This document shows positions 10,301 to 18,838 of a stretch of 26,596 nucleotides of DNA, one piece after another. A program made the position numbers and the translations under genes. Each line of letters begins with the position of its first letter. The stretch's first letter is position 1. Under the pieces are notes generated by a model. That model was not told the DNA's origin. It did no database searches and saw nothing but the letters and a program-made list of their open reading frames with translations. The stretch spans positions 1 through 26,596 of the forward strand of contig CAZWPQ010000030.1 in the NCBI GenBank assembly GCA_964636085.1. The letters are read 5' to 3'. The stretch is from an uncultured Nitrososphaerota archaeon. GTDB taxonomy: Archaea > Asgardarchaeota > Njordarchaeia > Njordarchaeales > Panguiarchaeaceae.

Positions 10301-11135
10301 TGTTAAACATCATGACGAAGAGCATCATCATGTATAATTGTGCATAGGGTCTGCTTGGATACATCCAGGCTATGAAGAACCCAGCCAAAATCGAGCCCAT
10401 CACGGCTTCCAATAGAAGCGCAAGCGATCTAAATCTCTTTGCTAGCGAGATACATATAATTAGTAATCCGAAGAGTGTTACTCCAAAAATGTTTTTGTTC
10501 AGTACCTCCATATGGTACGACATAATTGATACTCCAACCAAAGATGCCATTCCCGCCCCAGCTAGACTTTCTCCAAACCATTTGTTTTTCTCCATCAGAG
10601 TTTTTATTCCGATCGTTGTTGTGATTGTTCCTATGGAATAGGCTAGGAGTATTTTTTGTATTATAGATAACTTGAGGATTACTTCTATGTAGAGCCAATA
10701 GCTAAAGGTTATGGATGCTATTATTAGAAATAGTAGTCCAAATCTTAGGAATAGAGAGCCGCCGAGAAACATCTCTATACTTGAGCTCCCAGTTTTTTCT
10801 GTGGGCTTCTCTATACTCTCCTTAGGTTTAGCGGGCTCTAGTGCTTTTATAGGAGACGGTTTTTGTTCTTTGAGAGTAGTTATCTTTGTATGTGTTTTTC
10901 TTGGGACTTCTACCTTTTTCTTGAGGACTGGTTTTTCCCTCAATAGCTCTTTTGCTGATTCTGAAATTGGTGGCGGGGGGATTGGTTTTTTGGGTTGTTG
11001 GATTTTTTGCTGTAGTGTCTCTTTTGCAGTTAATTGTTTCTCTATTTTCTCTATCCTGTTTTCCAACGACAGAATCATTATCTTTATTGTCCTTAGCTTC
11101 TCCTTTATATCTCTTAGCTCATCTCTTATATCCAT
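7380..11135 (-). CDS. Very large polytopic membrane protein, DUF2339-like
   Basis: N-terminal coiled coil and Pro/Lys-rich linker, IEMFLGGSLFLRFGLLFL entry motif, >1100 hydrophobic residues, and C-terminal RITGI...K..YD...LGLLLIATSYLY resembling DUF2339. ATG 11135 likely (track starts at 11150). Confidence 0.75.
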   Translation of the reverse strand: MDIRDELRDIKEKLRTIKIMILSLENRIEKIEKQLTAKETLQQKIQQPKKPIPPPPISESAKELLREKPVLKKKVEVPRKTHTKITTLKEQKPSPIKALEPAKPKESIEKPTEKTGSSSIEMFLGGSLFLRFGLLFLIIASITFSYWLYIEVILKLSIIQKILLAYSIGTITTTIGIKTLMEKNKWFGESLAGAGMASLVGVSIMSYHMEVLNKNIFGVTLFGLLIICISLAKRFRSLALLLEAVMGSILAGFFIAWMYPSRPYAQLYMMMLFVMMFNRVSEKMRTGAWFISSAYSLLFFISLLQWLSMQTHPIIPLDLQVVSLSGPSIIYLFYSTQKIDRRLNTIGFQALAVAVYILFNIPLWIFYIFIVAILIGNSIIAYRSSISPEPKNMAMELALWFLFFIALATQGLIIDKIGAPLLMISTFLMIGKVHWGCKHVAERVGWEDVKSVLFTLMLLVYLMNTLTILFTIIEEYVELILLVQYLSIFLIAYPDATNVGESTRTYTLKSLGAISYILATVIYPINPLLELPSIYILGTIEHLSLITKSKGENGRGIGFHGFVIFLGTIIITLRVYLSILAYLLPAYFILSTITLDRLSIRKNLKIGEEALLIRIVYPCILQGILNILARDLVYLNIAMMVAIYLATIITTKNISLPYFLCIYLGSITYYIIEGTKSSLLYLFYLITVAISGSIIQRRRNTIWKETYYYAIIPAIVLALNSIHVHELYLVALTTLSFSFSHQIIPAENRNMIHNSISIYTALSIYKMLSKTIIISILGTSIDYFVLLFLTVYTFFTALSMVLQSIGTINANMIIFPFIVILLFKKMEIYDIFYLVEGIVIITSLALYKLRGLREKKSEDIMLEILLLLTYSSVTAILCSKNIYTSFIIYTGAMILLYYKNVFFQETSPLYVLASHIIVMSAILTLTTSIYLIAAMGYSNTIILTLLNKKLRHSKEITLNLFPMELVLLSYISTIETINTMLIPTTLIIQLIVTQKIYPSITCITTMFSYTTIATIEAAPIFTTYTLIILAPLALYAYRTNPNVVLLDAPSMLYAITHMGMSPYLLLLLPTMIYIMDIRKDLFLSPKSTTYMVVKSLIQYFVIAICVGVVTYITKTVISYWPLVYLAGLSMASWIIDKKYRIEKYSLYTIYGVLTLIPMIFYQYGLRIETTVILAIMGFLSIYGGVISQRKNIRITGIITLMASLTKGTYDVIVQIKTLQISIMLKITASLMILGLLLIATSYLYLKLYKQI

Positions 11136-11539
11136 AGAGCCGCCCCGCAAACTTTAGTTTATATAGTCACTACTTTAATAATTGGAGACAAGACAATATT
11201 AGTATATCCTTTTCAATAACACATACGGCCCCGAGGGAGACCCCTACCCCACATGTTTGATTTCTTATCGTGAATGCTTCTGCAGAGCTTCTCCCCAGGA
11301 ATTCTCGTTACGTATGATCTTTGGAAAAGTAAGGAAGAACCTGCGTGAATTACTGAATGTTGAAGATGCATTAGCAATTCTGGGTAGACTAAATATGGAT
11401 TCCTTGAATCTACGAATTCATCTGAAAAAACATAGAATTATCAAAGTACTAACCGTGCTACTATAAAACGGCTAGAGATTCTCCAACCCAGCTTCTCATG
11501 CGTCCAAAACAATAAAACAAAAATGAAGAGTAAGTAAAC

Positions 11540-13669
11540 CTATACCTCCCTTGCTCTCGTCCACATGTATGAAAGGAAACCTTGAAGTGTACGTACCCAA
11601 TCAGGATCGGATGATGCTATACCATATACTTCTGCTCCTCCCTCTGGAGGCATTACCGCGAGGATTGCCTCTTTTCCATCTACAACGCACCCAATAACAT
11701 CGCCCTCTGGGTAGCTTCTAACCAAGACTCCTTTGCGGGCTCTTAGCTGGTTTACTATTCTTGCGTGTGTTGGACTCGTGGGGTTGAATCCAGCTACTAT
11801 CTGTGCACGGACCATTCCTCTTAGTGCCGATATTCTGTCGACTGGAACACGATCCATAGATGGGACTACTAGTATAACAAATGATTTTGCCCTGGTTAGC
11901 ATGTCCTTAATGTGTGCATATACACCGCTTATTCCATGAACTGTCCATATTACGCGTTTTGCCGGCATTGATCTTTGGACTGTTTCCTCGTATAGCTTGA
12001 GCATTATGTCTAGTGATTCTTCAAAGCCCTTAAGCATTTTTCTGAGTTGTCCTAGTGTTGCCTCCGAGAATGTTTGTCTGACCCCCTCGCTGAGTTTTTT
12101 TGATTCTGTCTCCACGGTATTCGAGATTGTATTTAATGCATCTTCGATGTTGGCTTTCATGGAGTTTATTGTTTCTTCCCTCAGCCTATTTAGGTCGTTG
12201 GTAGTATCTTCTATGGTTTTATTTAGCGATGAATCCACATCATCCTTAAGTTTTTGTAGGGCATCACCCATATTCCTTATTTGATCCGATACACTGGACA
12301 CGATGTTATTGTTTAACTCTGTTAGGCTCGCCATGAATCTATCTGAGGATTCCTTGACGGATGAAGAGAAAGAATTCACAGATTCTATCATAGAATTTTT
12401 TATCTCCGAAAATTTCTCTGACACTCTATTCGTCGTTGTCTCCTTCGCATTGTTAAGGTTGCTTACGAGTTCTGATGCTCTAGTAGAAAGCTGGTTCGTA
12501 AATTCTTGTGTTATCCTCTTTGTGGCCTCCCTAAGGCTAGACAACATTGAGTCTAACTGCTTCTTGATGGATTCGTTCATCCTTGAGAAGTTCTCTGTCA
12601 TATTTTTCGTTATTTCACCGAAGCTCTGTTCAATATTGTTCCTAAGTTGCTCGACCCCGGAGGCGACGGTTTGTGTTGTTGTTTGAATTTGAGATGAGGC
12701 ACCAGTCAAAGCTTCCTGTAGCATTTGCTGTATCTTTATAAATGTTTCCTGTATAGAATTCACCTGGCTAATAATATTTTCCATAAATTCTCCCATTGTT
12801 TTTGTTAGGCCCTCGATCGCTCCTGTAACTTGATTGCTTATCTCATTCACGGCACTAGTTATGGTTTCTGTAACGGTATTGGTGAAGTCTCCAATGTTCT
12901 TCTCAACATCTGATAGTGCTTTCTCTAGGCTCTCGGATGCTTCCTTTGTGAATGATTCGAGACTCTCTGATGTAGATAGTGTAACATCGCTTAGTTCTTT
13001 AGATATAAAGGTGATTAATAGATTGAGTTCATTCTCCAGCTTTTTCGCTATATTCTGTGTCTCATTCATCATGGATTCATTAAATTTTGTTACTCTTTCA
13101 CTCATGGAGGACAGTGTATCACTGAGTTGTTTTTCTAGATTATTTTTGAGATTTTCCGATTGTTTTGAAAAGTTTTCGGTCAGGTCTGAGACCGTCTTAC
13201 CTATAAACTCGGCAATATTCTTTACCTGTACTCCAATTATATTGGATATGTTGTCAAGCATGGTCTCTACATTTGATGATATATTCGTAAGCCCCTCGTT
13301 AACGGCCGAGATCATAGACGAATTGAAGGATTTAACACTCTCATTAAGAACATCAATGCTGTCTTCAATGGACTTCTTTATCTTTCCCTCAAACTCCTCA
13401 AACTTCGCCTTAAACTCGGCAAGCTGATCTATAAACAATTTATATGGGGGGATAATTTCATACCTAGGCGGCGTCCCCTCAATTTCTCTGGCAAAACCCT
13501 CCCTAACCAAGACAGCCATGGCACTCTCAACAGAATCCAGTGGCCTGTTCAGAGCCATACTTAGCTCTGCCAAAGACATCGGCCCCAATCCGAGACAACT
13601 AAGATACAAATCTATTGCTCCCTCGGGCAGGTTCTTTGATCTTAGAAGCTCCTCCAAAATACTCGACAT
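11540..13669 (-). CDS. TrmB-family protein: N-terminal wHTH, ~480-aa helical insert, C-terminal TrmB effector (PLD-like) domain
   Basis: N-term LYLSCLGLGPMSLAELS...LVREGFAREIEGTPPRYEIIPP; C-term IWTVHG...IKDMLTRAKSFVILVVP...VVDGKEAILA; central Pro-free amphipathic region; GGTGAG RBS. Confidence 0.82.
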   Translation of the reverse strand: MSSILEELLRSKNLPEGAIDLYLSCLGLGPMSLAELSMALNRPLDSVESAMAVLVREGFAREIEGTPPRYEIIPPYKLFIDQLAEFKAKFEEFEGKIKKSIEDSIDVLNESVKSFNSSMISAVNEGLTNISSNVETMLDNISNIIGVQVKNIAEFIGKTVSDLTENFSKQSENLKNNLEKQLSDTLSSMSERVTKFNESMMNETQNIAKKLENELNLLITFISKELSDVTLSTSESLESFTKEASESLEKALSDVEKNIGDFTNTVTETITSAVNEISNQVTGAIEGLTKTMGEFMENIISQVNSIQETFIKIQQMLQEALTGASSQIQTTTQTVASGVEQLRNNIEQSFGEITKNMTENFSRMNESIKKQLDSMLSSLREATKRITQEFTNQLSTRASELVSNLNNAKETTTNRVSEKFSEIKNSMIESVNSFSSSVKESSDRFMASLTELNNNIVSSVSDQIRNMGDALQKLKDDVDSSLNKTIEDTTNDLNRLREETINSMKANIEDALNTISNTVETESKKLSEGVRQTFSEATLGQLRKMLKGFEESLDIMLKLYEETVQRSMPAKRVIWTVHGISGVYAHIKDMLTRAKSFVILVVPSMDRVPVDRISALRGMVRAQIVAGFNPTSPTHARIVNQLRARKGVLVRSYPEGDVIGCVVDGKEAILAVMPPEGGAEVYGIASSDPDWVRTLQGFLSYMWTRAREV

Positions 13670-13919
13670 GACGTCTCACCGAAACGACACTAAAAAATGA
13701 AAAATCAGATTAATATTTTGAATACTCCGTGACAGTAGTCTTGACAATTCCTATAACTAACAAAAGAAATTAGCGTTGGACTCCATTTTCTAAAAGCTTC
13801 TGAGAATGTATAACATGGGTAGTTGATCGAGCGATAGTTCATCATCTTGTCTCTCGACACAACAAAAGGAAGGAAATATAATTTACAAAGAAACAATTAA
13901 AATATAGGGGGATAGGGAT

Positions 13920-14276
13920 ATGGGCAAGGTAGTTGTGGATGTCGAAATAATTAACCCAAAAAATGGTAGATCGATCAATGTGAGACTCTTAGCCGATACT
14001 GGATCGACACTTACATGGATTAGAAAAGAGAGACTGGAAAAGATTGGTATAGAAACGAGAAGCAGAATAAAAATAAGATCTATCGATGGACGGGAGGTTG
14101 AGAGGGATATAGGATTCGCGGAAATAAGGTATGAGAATCATGAAGCACCAATAATAGTAGTGTTTGCCGAAAAAAACGATGCAGAAGTTCTGGGCTTAAC
14201 GGCAATAGAAAGCTTAGGATACGAGGTTAACCCCCTATCAAAACGCTTAGAATACGTGGGGCACTATGCATTTTGA
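13920..14276 (+). CDS. Clan AA (retropepsin-like) aspartyl protease, AF_0612-like
   Basis: LLADTGSTLTWI catalytic motif; C-terminal VLGLTAIESLG. Confidence 0.88.
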   Translation: MGKVVVDVEIINPKNGRSINVRLLADTGSTLTWIRKERLEKIGIETRSRIKIRSIDGREVERDIGFAEIRYENHEAPIIVVFAEKNDAEVLGLTAIESLGYEVNPLSKRLEYVGHYAF

Positions 14277-14383
14277 ACATCATATTCTTATAGGGAATCC
14301 TGTAATCCTTCAGAAATCTAATGATTATGCATTCATAGGGATATAACCAGATTTGATGTCCAAAAATACTTGTCGGTGTCTAG

Positions 14384-15156
14384 GTGACGGAGGGGCCATC
14401 GGCAAGAGCGAGGGCAATATTTATATATAGGGCTGTGGGAGGGGAACGCGTACTTGAGGTTTTTACACGGACAAGGAGAGCGAAAATAAATCCAGAAGGA
14501 CTCGTTGGTAGAATACTCAGGGGGGTTGATACATATGGAAAAAATATCCTCCTATTGTTTGGCCCATACGCAATTAGGATTCATTTAATGATGTATGGTA
14601 CGATTCACATATATAAGCCAGACGAGCCCCTAGCAAAACCAGAGAGACTAGTTAGACTTTCTCTCCAGTTCCAAAGTAGGAGGGTAGTAGTGTATAATGC
14701 GCCGATTGTTGAAATTGACTATAAATCCAACATCATCAACAACCTAAAGAGAACCTTGGGGGAGGATCCTTTAAGGGATGACTGGAATCCTGATAGGGCT
14801 ACTAGACTCATACTAAAACATAGAGAGAGAAAATAGGGGTAGTTTTACTGGACCAAGGAGTTATTGCTGGAATAGGAAATATCCTTAGGAACGAAATCCT
14901 CTTTAGGGCGGGTGTTCATCCGGAGAGATATGTCAGAGATCTCTCCCTTTCCGAGGTAAAGAAAATAGTCAAGATAGCAGAAGAACTTTCCCATGAGTTC
15001 CTAAGGAGAAAGCTAAATGGGGAGAGAATAGGCCCCATACTGTATGTCTATAATAAGTTTAAAAAGAGATGTAGGATTTGTGGAGGCCCAATAAGATATT
15101 ATAGACAAGAACCACACAAGAGAAGAACTTTCGTCTGTGAGAAATGCCAAAAATGA
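14384..15156 (+). pseudogene. Fpg/Nei-family DNA glycosylase/AP lyase, interrupted by a 1-nt frameshift
   Basis: MTEGPS, YGKNILL, IHLMMYG and LGEDPL. After AGAAAATAG (14828-14836) the -1 frame gives IGVVLLDQGVIAGIGNILRNEILFRAGVHP (H2TH) and CRIC...CEKCQK* (Zn finger), ending at TGA 15154-15156. Confidence 0.88.
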
Positions 15157-15231
15157 AAATTTGAAGTAATCATCACCTATCCTCAGGAACTATAAGGGTT
15201 TCTTCCTCCTATCGATCCTAAGGAATTGGTT

Positions 15232-16071
15232 TCATAGGACTATACTGGCGTATTTTACTGCCCGCATTAGTTTTGCTTGAGCCCTTAGCTCCACTTCTTC
15301 TAGTAATGCATGCGTGCCTCTCTTCAGCTCGATGTATCCCTTCTCTTGAGCCGCCCTTATTATTTCTTCTGAGTCATTATTTCTTGATATTAGTATTGTG
15401 TATTTTGGATAATTTTCACTTATTCCTGCGGAGATATCCGAAAAAATTCCTGTATAGTCAGGACAGATTAGACAACCAAGTTGCATATATGGCAGTATCT
15501 GGGATGTAGGTATTACTTTTTCCCCCTCTGTCGTCGTTATATATATGTTCTCGCCCTTGAGGTGAATATCCATTATTTCGTCTGTCCGCATTCCATAAAC
15601 CTTGGCTAGGAAATGTATAAATGCCTCAGTAGCATAGGTACCCATACAGAATAGACTTATGATTACTCTAATCTTCTTACTAAAGTCCGTTTCGAGCAAC
15701 GGATACAGCTGCATTTGTCGGAGGAATTGGGCTTGGCATGGGAGACTCACAATGGCTAGATGTCTAAGTTCTTCCTCAATCAAGCTCTCCCTCAGTTTTG
15801 CTGTAAATGGTAGGACACTCCACTTAGATCCCGCGACCTTCATTATTTCCTCTCTTGTCCTAGCAACTACAATCTCCCCTTCTAGACCCTTCTTCTTTTT
15901 GGCAACAACTACACCATCAACAATACCATCTTCAACGAGATATATTAATATCGATGTCACAGCACCGCCACCAGCCAAACGTTTTTCCCTGATCTCCTTA
16001 TCCGCAGATCTAGCCAAATAAATCGAAATGAAACCCCCCAATGGTTTTTCCCTACTTACCATAAAACTCAA
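15232..16071 (-). CDS. frhB: FrhB-family FAD/[4Fe-4S] subunit (F420 hydrogenase beta-like)
   Basis: AGGGAVTSIL, GSKWS, SLPCQ, SLFCMG and GCLICPDY...SDISAG motifs. Confidence 0.9.
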   Translation of the reverse strand: MSFMVSREKPLGGFISIYLARSADKEIREKRLAGGGAVTSILIYLVEDGIVDGVVVAKKKKGLEGEIVVARTREEIMKVAGSKWSVLPFTAKLRESLIEEELRHLAIVSLPCQAQFLRQMQLYPLLETDFSKKIRVIISLFCMGTYATEAFIHFLAKVYGMRTDEIMDIHLKGENIYITTTEGEKVIPTSQILPYMQLGCLICPDYTGIFSDISAGISENYPKYTILISRNNDSEEIIRAAQEKGYIELKRGTHALLEEVELRAQAKLMRAVKYASIVL

Positions 16072-16072
16072 T

Positions 16073-16777
16073 CTATTTCACCTCCGTCTCACTTAGGAGC
16101 TTGATCTTAGGCTTGAATTTATAGATAAGTATGCGCATAAAAATGGGGCAACGAGAACAACAAGTTCCGCACCTTATACATTTCTCCACAATAAGATCAG
16201 GCCTCTTCTCTATCATCTGCAGGGCTTGAGTGGGGCACGAAACAATACATGCACCACATCCAATACATAGTCCACTCAATACTACTTCATCCATTAGATC
16301 AAAACCGCTCAACTTCTTAATCTCCGCTATCGCCGAGAATACCTTTATCAGGGGGCCCTTGCCAGTACTCAGAGCATCGATCAACGTCAATAAGCTTGCT
16401 GGTGCGGGGGGACAACCGGGTATTGCATAGTCTACATCTATCACACTTGTTACAGGTTGAAATGTCCTATGCTCAGGTCTTGGTTCCTGTCCTCCTCTAG
16501 AGAAGAGCGTAATATTACCCACGCTGGCGCATGAACCATAGGCAACAATAATCCTAGAGTTTTTTCTAAGCTTTTTTAGGGTATCCAATATTTCCTCCTC
16601 ATTTATGCATGCTGACCCAGTAATTATAGTAACATCATAATTACCATCGATATCCACACTCCCAATATGTCTCGAATAAATATCTGCTTTTTCCATTAGC
16701 TTTGGTAATTCTCTAAGCAGAGATAGTGGACAGCCCTCGCATCCTCCAATGTCATATATCAATATTCTAGGCTTCAT
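16073..16777 (-). CDS. frhG: [NiFe]-hydrogenase small subunit with C-terminal 2[4Fe-4S] ferredoxin domain (FrhG-like)
   Basis: GGCEGC, YGSCA, IPGCPP, CIGCGACIVSCP and CIRCGTCCSRCP. Confidence 0.9.
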   Translation of the reverse strand: MKPRILIYDIGGCEGCPLSLLRELPKLMEKADIYSRHIGSVDIDGNYDVTIITGSACINEEEILDTLKKLRKNSRIIVAYGSCASVGNITLFSRGGQEPRPEHRTFQPVTSVIDVDYAIPGCPPAPASLLTLIDALSTGKGPLIKVFSAIAEIKKLSGFDLMDEVVLSGLCIGCGACIVSCPTQALQMIEKRPDLIVEKCIRCGTCCSRCPIFMRILIYKFKPKIKLLSETEVK

Positions 16778-17966
16778 TCTCCCTCACCTCGATCTTGTGG
16801 GTAGAGCATGGAATGCATGGATCATACAATCGCGGGACCACATCCGCTACCTCTACAGGAAGACCCACAGACAATTTCTCTATTATTGGTATGTTGAACA
16901 TCGTCGGCACAACAATTCTGTGGCGGGCTATTCTTCCCTCCCTATTTATCTCTACATAATGTACGAGTGTTCCCCGGGGAGCCTCATAGACCCCAACACC
17001 CTTGCCTCTTCTTAGAACGAGTGTTACGGTTTTGGAGGGTTCTGTTACATCTATATCTTGGAGTATTTCATACACTCTTTCCGCCGCCATTATTGTCTCT
17101 AGAATCCTTGCCTTCTGGATCCCCAACAATGAATTATCACTAAATATTCCATAAAGCGTGAGTCGAGCACGTGGACCAACCTCTACGGGCCTGCCTTTAT
17201 ATAACGCTATACATGATGTTGTTTTCTTTGCCGATTCTGGAACATTATCTCCTCTATACTCCACATAATTCCGCACTATTATGGCCTCTGTATCTATGTT
17301 GTATCTATCCCCATAGTATATGTGTGATGCCATGAAGTCATGCTCATGCTTTATCCCCGACAATATCTCGGCTTTTTCGCTCCAATTATCCTCATCAAAC
17401 ATTATGTCCTTTATCTTCAGAAGTCTTTCTATAACAGACTTTATTTTTTTCTTGGATTCCTCTAAGTGTTTCTCCTTGGGAAGACACTGGACTCCCCCAA
17501 TAACAATATATGGTGGATGTGTCGGAGCGCCACCAAACCTGGACAATAGGAGGCTAACATCACCCAGTAGTCTTATTCCCTCAAGCGTAACATCCCATAC
17601 CAATTTCTCCTTTAGGAGATCTCTCACTATAAAGATTAGGTGTACTAAGTGACTTTGTATTCTGTTCAGAAGTCCTATCATTTCGCGCAACATGATCCCG
17701 TTCGGCGGCGGGGCTATTCCCAGCGCGTCCTCAATTGCTTCTGCAGCGGCAATTCCATGAGCAGAGTGACAAATCCCACAAATCCTCATCGAGGCTTCAA
17801 CAGCAAAGATAGGGTTCTTTCCTATCATGAGCTTTTCGAAACCTCTTATTGGTGCCCTAGATACAAAATATGCGTCTCTGATCACACCATCCTTGTGAAG
17901 AACTATAAAATCCGCGTCTCCCCCTATCCTCTCTAGCTGAATTCCCTTTATTTGTCTATTCCCCAA
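16767..17966 (-). CDS. frhA: [NiFe]-hydrogenase large subunit, group 3a-like (FrhA)
   Basis: L1 RICGICHSAH, EAPRG, IVVPTMFN, L2 YDPCIPCSTH followed by a 9-aa extension; context with frhG and frhB. Confidence 0.9.
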   Translation of the reverse strand: MGNRQIKGIQLERIGGDADFIVLHKDGVIRDAYFVSRAPIRGFEKLMIGKNPIFAVEASMRICGICHSAHGIAAAEAIEDALGIAPPPNGIMLREMIGLLNRIQSHLVHLIFIVRDLLKEKLVWDVTLEGIRLLGDVSLLLSRFGGAPTHPPYIVIGGVQCLPKEKHLEESKKKIKSVIERLLKIKDIMFDEDNWSEKAEILSGIKHEHDFMASHIYYGDRYNIDTEAIIVRNYVEYRGDNVPESAKKTTSCIALYKGRPVEVGPRARLTLYGIFSDNSLLGIQKARILETIMAAERVYEILQDIDVTEPSKTVTLVLRRGKGVGVYEAPRGTLVHYVEINREGRIARHRIVVPTMFNIPIIEKLSVGLPVEVADVVPRLYDPCIPCSTHKIEVRENEA

Positions 17967-18014
17967 ATTCTTCCCTTAATTTGCTTCAATCAAGAAATGT
18001 ATATAGTATTGAAA

Positions 18015-18021
18015 TATTTAA
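18015..18021 (-). promoter_or_regulatory. Possible internal TATA box upstream of frhA
   Basis: TTAAATA on the minus strand, about 49 nt upstream of the frhA TTG, within a 71-nt AT-rich gap. Confidence 0.35.
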
Positions 18022-18037
18022 CTTAGATCGCTGGATT

Positions 18038-18346
18038 CTAGCCCTTTAATTCTGTTAGTACTTCTGTATCAATTCTCCCCGTTGCTTTCTTCGTAATTAT
18101 TATTAGGCCGACGCCAACCGCCTCTTCTAGTGCTGCTATCGCCGCTATTATTAGCACGATAAACTGTGCCAGCACTGATGTTGGGGAAAGGAGTGATAAG
18201 AAAGCCACCGCCATCATTGAACCCAAGAACATTATCTCTACAGATAATAATACCTTTATGAGATTCCTACTGGTGATTAGGCCGAGGAGCCCGATGGCCA
18301 GTACCGCAAATGATAGGCCTAGTAGCATTACTATCTCATTCATCAT
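18038..18346 (-). CDS. nuoK: Complex I-like subunit K (NuoK/ND4L)
   Basis: Three TM segments; RNLIKVLLSVEIM and AALEEAVGVG carry both conserved intramembrane glutamates; C-terminal LTELKG. Confidence 0.9.
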   Translation of the reverse strand: MMNEIVMLLGLSFAVLAIGLLGLITSRNLIKVLLSVEIMFLGSMMAVAFLSLLSPTSVLAQFIVLIIAAIAALEEAVGVGLIIITKKATGRIDTEVLTELKG

Positions 18347-18588
18347 TTCTCACCCCCGATACTCTCAGATATTTTAAACGCAAATACCGAGGCCACCATA
18401 ACAATACTCAATATTACACAGAGGATTAGTAGTAATATGTCATAGTTTATGGATATCTCGCTTCTAAATTCACTATAACTTACCTCCCTAGCCTCAAAGG
18501 ACATTTGGGGCATCTTATATAGCATAGCGGCGAATGCTAGTAGCAATATCCCACATAATATTATGCCGCCCGCTACTCTTATCTTCAT
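18343..18588 (-). CDS. Complex I-like subunit J, C-terminal half (J2)
   Basis: Two TM segments separated by a loop, YDILLLILCVILSIVMVASV; ATGA-coupled between J1 and K. Confidence 0.65.
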   Translation of the reverse strand: MKIRVAGGIILCGILLLAFAAMLYKMPQMSFEAREVSYSEFRSEISINYDILLLILCVILSIVMVASVFAFKISESIGGEK

Positions 18589-18833
18589 TCCTCAACCACC
18601 TCCCCAACAACCATGCCTACGAATATAAGTATAACAACAACACCAATGTTCGCTAGAAGGACTAGTGATCCCAGTATCGCCATTCCGTACATGTATAGTA
18701 TTCCGAACAGTATAGCATTGGCTAGCGCGAAATATATGAGCATTCTATGAAGTTTCTTGGTAAAAACAGACATTATAAGCAATGCAACCATACACAGACC
18801 CAACAACATAACAGCTATTAGACCAGCATCCAT
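18585..18833 (-). CDS. Complex I-like subunit J, N-terminal half (J1)
   Basis: Three TM segments, KKLHRMLIYF...LYMYG...IGVVVILIFVGMV. ATG 18833 follows GGTGAG. Confidence 0.7.
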   Translation of the reverse strand: MDAGLIAVMLLGLCMVALLIMSVFTKKLHRMLIYFALANAILFGILYMYGMAILGSLVLLANIGVVVILIFVGMVVGEVVEE

Positions 18834-18838
18834 ATTAC

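Noticed and set aside
11257-11466. 69-aa ORF between the membrane protein and TrmB-like genes
   Set aside because: TTG start, no clear RBS and no recognisable motif.
11733-13700. Multiple + strand ORFs of 60-197 aa (and similar shadow ORFs across the window)
   Set aside because: Antisense or alternate-frame shadows of well-supported genes, with Ser/Phe/Leu-rich composition typical of reverse-complement codons.
13920-14276. Retroelement suggested by the retropepsin-like protease
   Set aside because: No reverse transcriptase, integrase or terminal repeats; solo clan AA proteases are common in archaea.
15232-17966. Selenocysteine-containing hydrogenase or SECIS
   Set aside because: All ligand positions are ordinary Cys in uninterrupted ORFs; there is no in-frame TGA.
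16767-17966. Large subunit as a group 4/NuoD-type head for the membrane genes
   Set aside because: The motifs, the small subunit with a fused 2[4Fe-4S] domain and the adjacent FrhB point to group 3a; no NuoC- or NuoI-like gene is present.
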